DNA from: Glaucostegus cemiculus
Taxonomy: Eukaryota
Direction: 5' to 3'
Assembly: GCA_976551045.1 (NCBI GenBank)
Contig: CDPCPM010000018.1
Coordinates: 1,984,001-2,048,000 of the forward strand
Length of the DNA: 64,000 bases
Within the stretch, counting starts at the first letter, position 1; each line of letters begins with the position of its first letter. Position numbers and translations under genes: made by a program. The notes below the pieces were generated by a model, which was not told the origin of the DNA, made no database searches, and worked only from the letters and a program-made list of their open reading frames with translations. Of the stretch, positions 62,500 to 64,000 are shown one piece after another.

Positions 62500-63940
62500 C
62501 CAGAGGTACACCTAATTATGTATTTGGTACATTGGTATGTTGTTTGGTTCTAAAGCCTTTGATGGATCTAGTGTTCTCAGTCATTTCTTGATATCATGTG
62601 GAGCGAATCAATTTGACTGGAGACTCGATTCAATGGTGCTGGGGAAGCTGAGATGCATAACTTATTCAGCACTATTGGCTGAACGTGGTTGTGAAAGCTT
62701 CACCCTTGTCCTTAGTACCCATGTGCTAGACACTGCTAACATTGAGGGTAAGGATATTCAATGGTGGCTTCTCCTCCTCCCATTAGCTGTTTAATTGTCA
62801 ATCACCATTCAATGCCAGGTATAGCTGGACTGCAGAACTTCAGTCCCATTTGTTGCTTGTGAGATGTTTTAGCTCTGTCTATTGCATGCTGTTTTTCTGT
62901 TTTGCACACATGAAGTCCTGTGTTGCGGCTTCACAAGGTTTGCAGTTCTTTATTTTTTGACATGCCTGGTGCTGTCTCCGACATACCCCTCTTTGAACGA
63001 GGGTTAATCCCATTTTGATAGTAATGGTGGATTCAGGAATAAACCACACCTTAAAGTTACAGATTGTGGTGATGTATTTTTCTGTTGTTATTAATAAGCC
63101 TCATGGAAGATCAGTGTCTGAGCTGTCAGATTTGTTCCAAGTCTATCCCATTTAGTATAACTGTGTCCTCAGTGCGAAGATCGGACTTCGTGTCTGCAGG
63201 GATTGTGTGGTAATCACCTCTACTAAGGCTGGCATCTGCCACAGGAAGATTGAAGAGGACAAAACTGAGTAGGTTTATCTCTCTAATTGCTTCACACACT
63301 AACTACTAGCTGCAGATCCAGATTAGTAGCTAGGTCCTCCAGAACCTGTCTAACTCAGCCTCTCAATGTGATGAACATTGAAGTTACCCATCCAGAGTAT
63401 ATTCTGTGCTCTTGCTGCTTTCAGTGCTTTGTTACCAAGCGCTGTTCAACAATGAGGAGCTCATATTCATCAGTTGAGGGAGGATAGTAATCAGGAGAAA
63501 GATTCCTTACTGATATTTGACATGAAACTGTGAGACTTCATGGGTTGAGGACTCAAAGAGCAGCTCCTTTCCACTTGTATACCACATTGTTGATAAGCTG
63601 TGATTCTGTAAGTAGAGTTGTGTCAGGTTGTCAGTTGACTAGTCTGTGAGACTGCTCTCTTAATCTAGACACGAGTCCCCAGGTGTTTGTGAAAAAAAAA
63701 CTTTGCATGGTCATCTGGACTGGGAACCATCTCTGGCTTTGGTGCCCAAGTTGATGTTGGGTGTCTTTATTCTTTCTCTGTTGTGGTAATGGCACAACTG
63801 AGTGGCTGCCGGGTCACTTCAGAGGGTATTTATGTTTTAACCATATGAGTGGGTCTGGAGTCACATATAGGCCACAGCAGCAGATTTCTTTTATAAGTGT
63901 ACCAGGTAATCAGTTGAACTTAAATTCCACAGCTGTCTCA
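62500..63940 (-). mobile_element. Degenerate CR1/L2-group LINE 5' half (endonuclease region)
   Basis: Minus: ARAQNILWMGNFNVHH (GDFN motif), NLPVADAS, GDYHT (cf. SDH), TKS.L.TED at ~63165-63420. Confidence 0.7.
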
Positions 63941-64000
63941 AGGCCTAGGTTTCAAGATTCATGGTGGGCTACGTCCCGATACAGAGGGCTCAGCCTTTGC

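Overview
Eukaryotic, repeat-rich vertebrate DNA. The repeat content (V-SINE/HE1-like SINEs, CR1, Rex1/Babar, DeuSINE-like, RTE, Harbinger fossils) points to a cartilaginous fish (shark or ray). The only gene I can support is transferrin receptor 1 (TFRC) on the minus strand. It has a CpG-island promoter and probable non-coding exon 1 at ~26.1 kb, plus 11 coding exons (2-12) from 20384 down to 284. These splice with GT-AG ends and matching phases into 484 open codons; the rest of the gene, including any IRE-bearing 3' UTR, lies beyond the left edge. The 38 kb upstream is a mosaic of nested transposon fossils. I see no clear evidence for a wholly new biological system. The best leads are: a TfR1 with a YTRF tail but a TfR2/PSMA-like ectodomain and a cysteine-free stalk; a 7-bp-period array of half-CRE sites in the promoter; SINEs with one body and two alternative LINE-derived tails; a templated inverted insertion copied from 5 kb away; inverted SINE pairs in the pre-mRNA; and candidate unannotated exons. 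Repeat family names and homologue comparisons are from motif recognition and memory, not database searches, and repeat boundaries are approximate.
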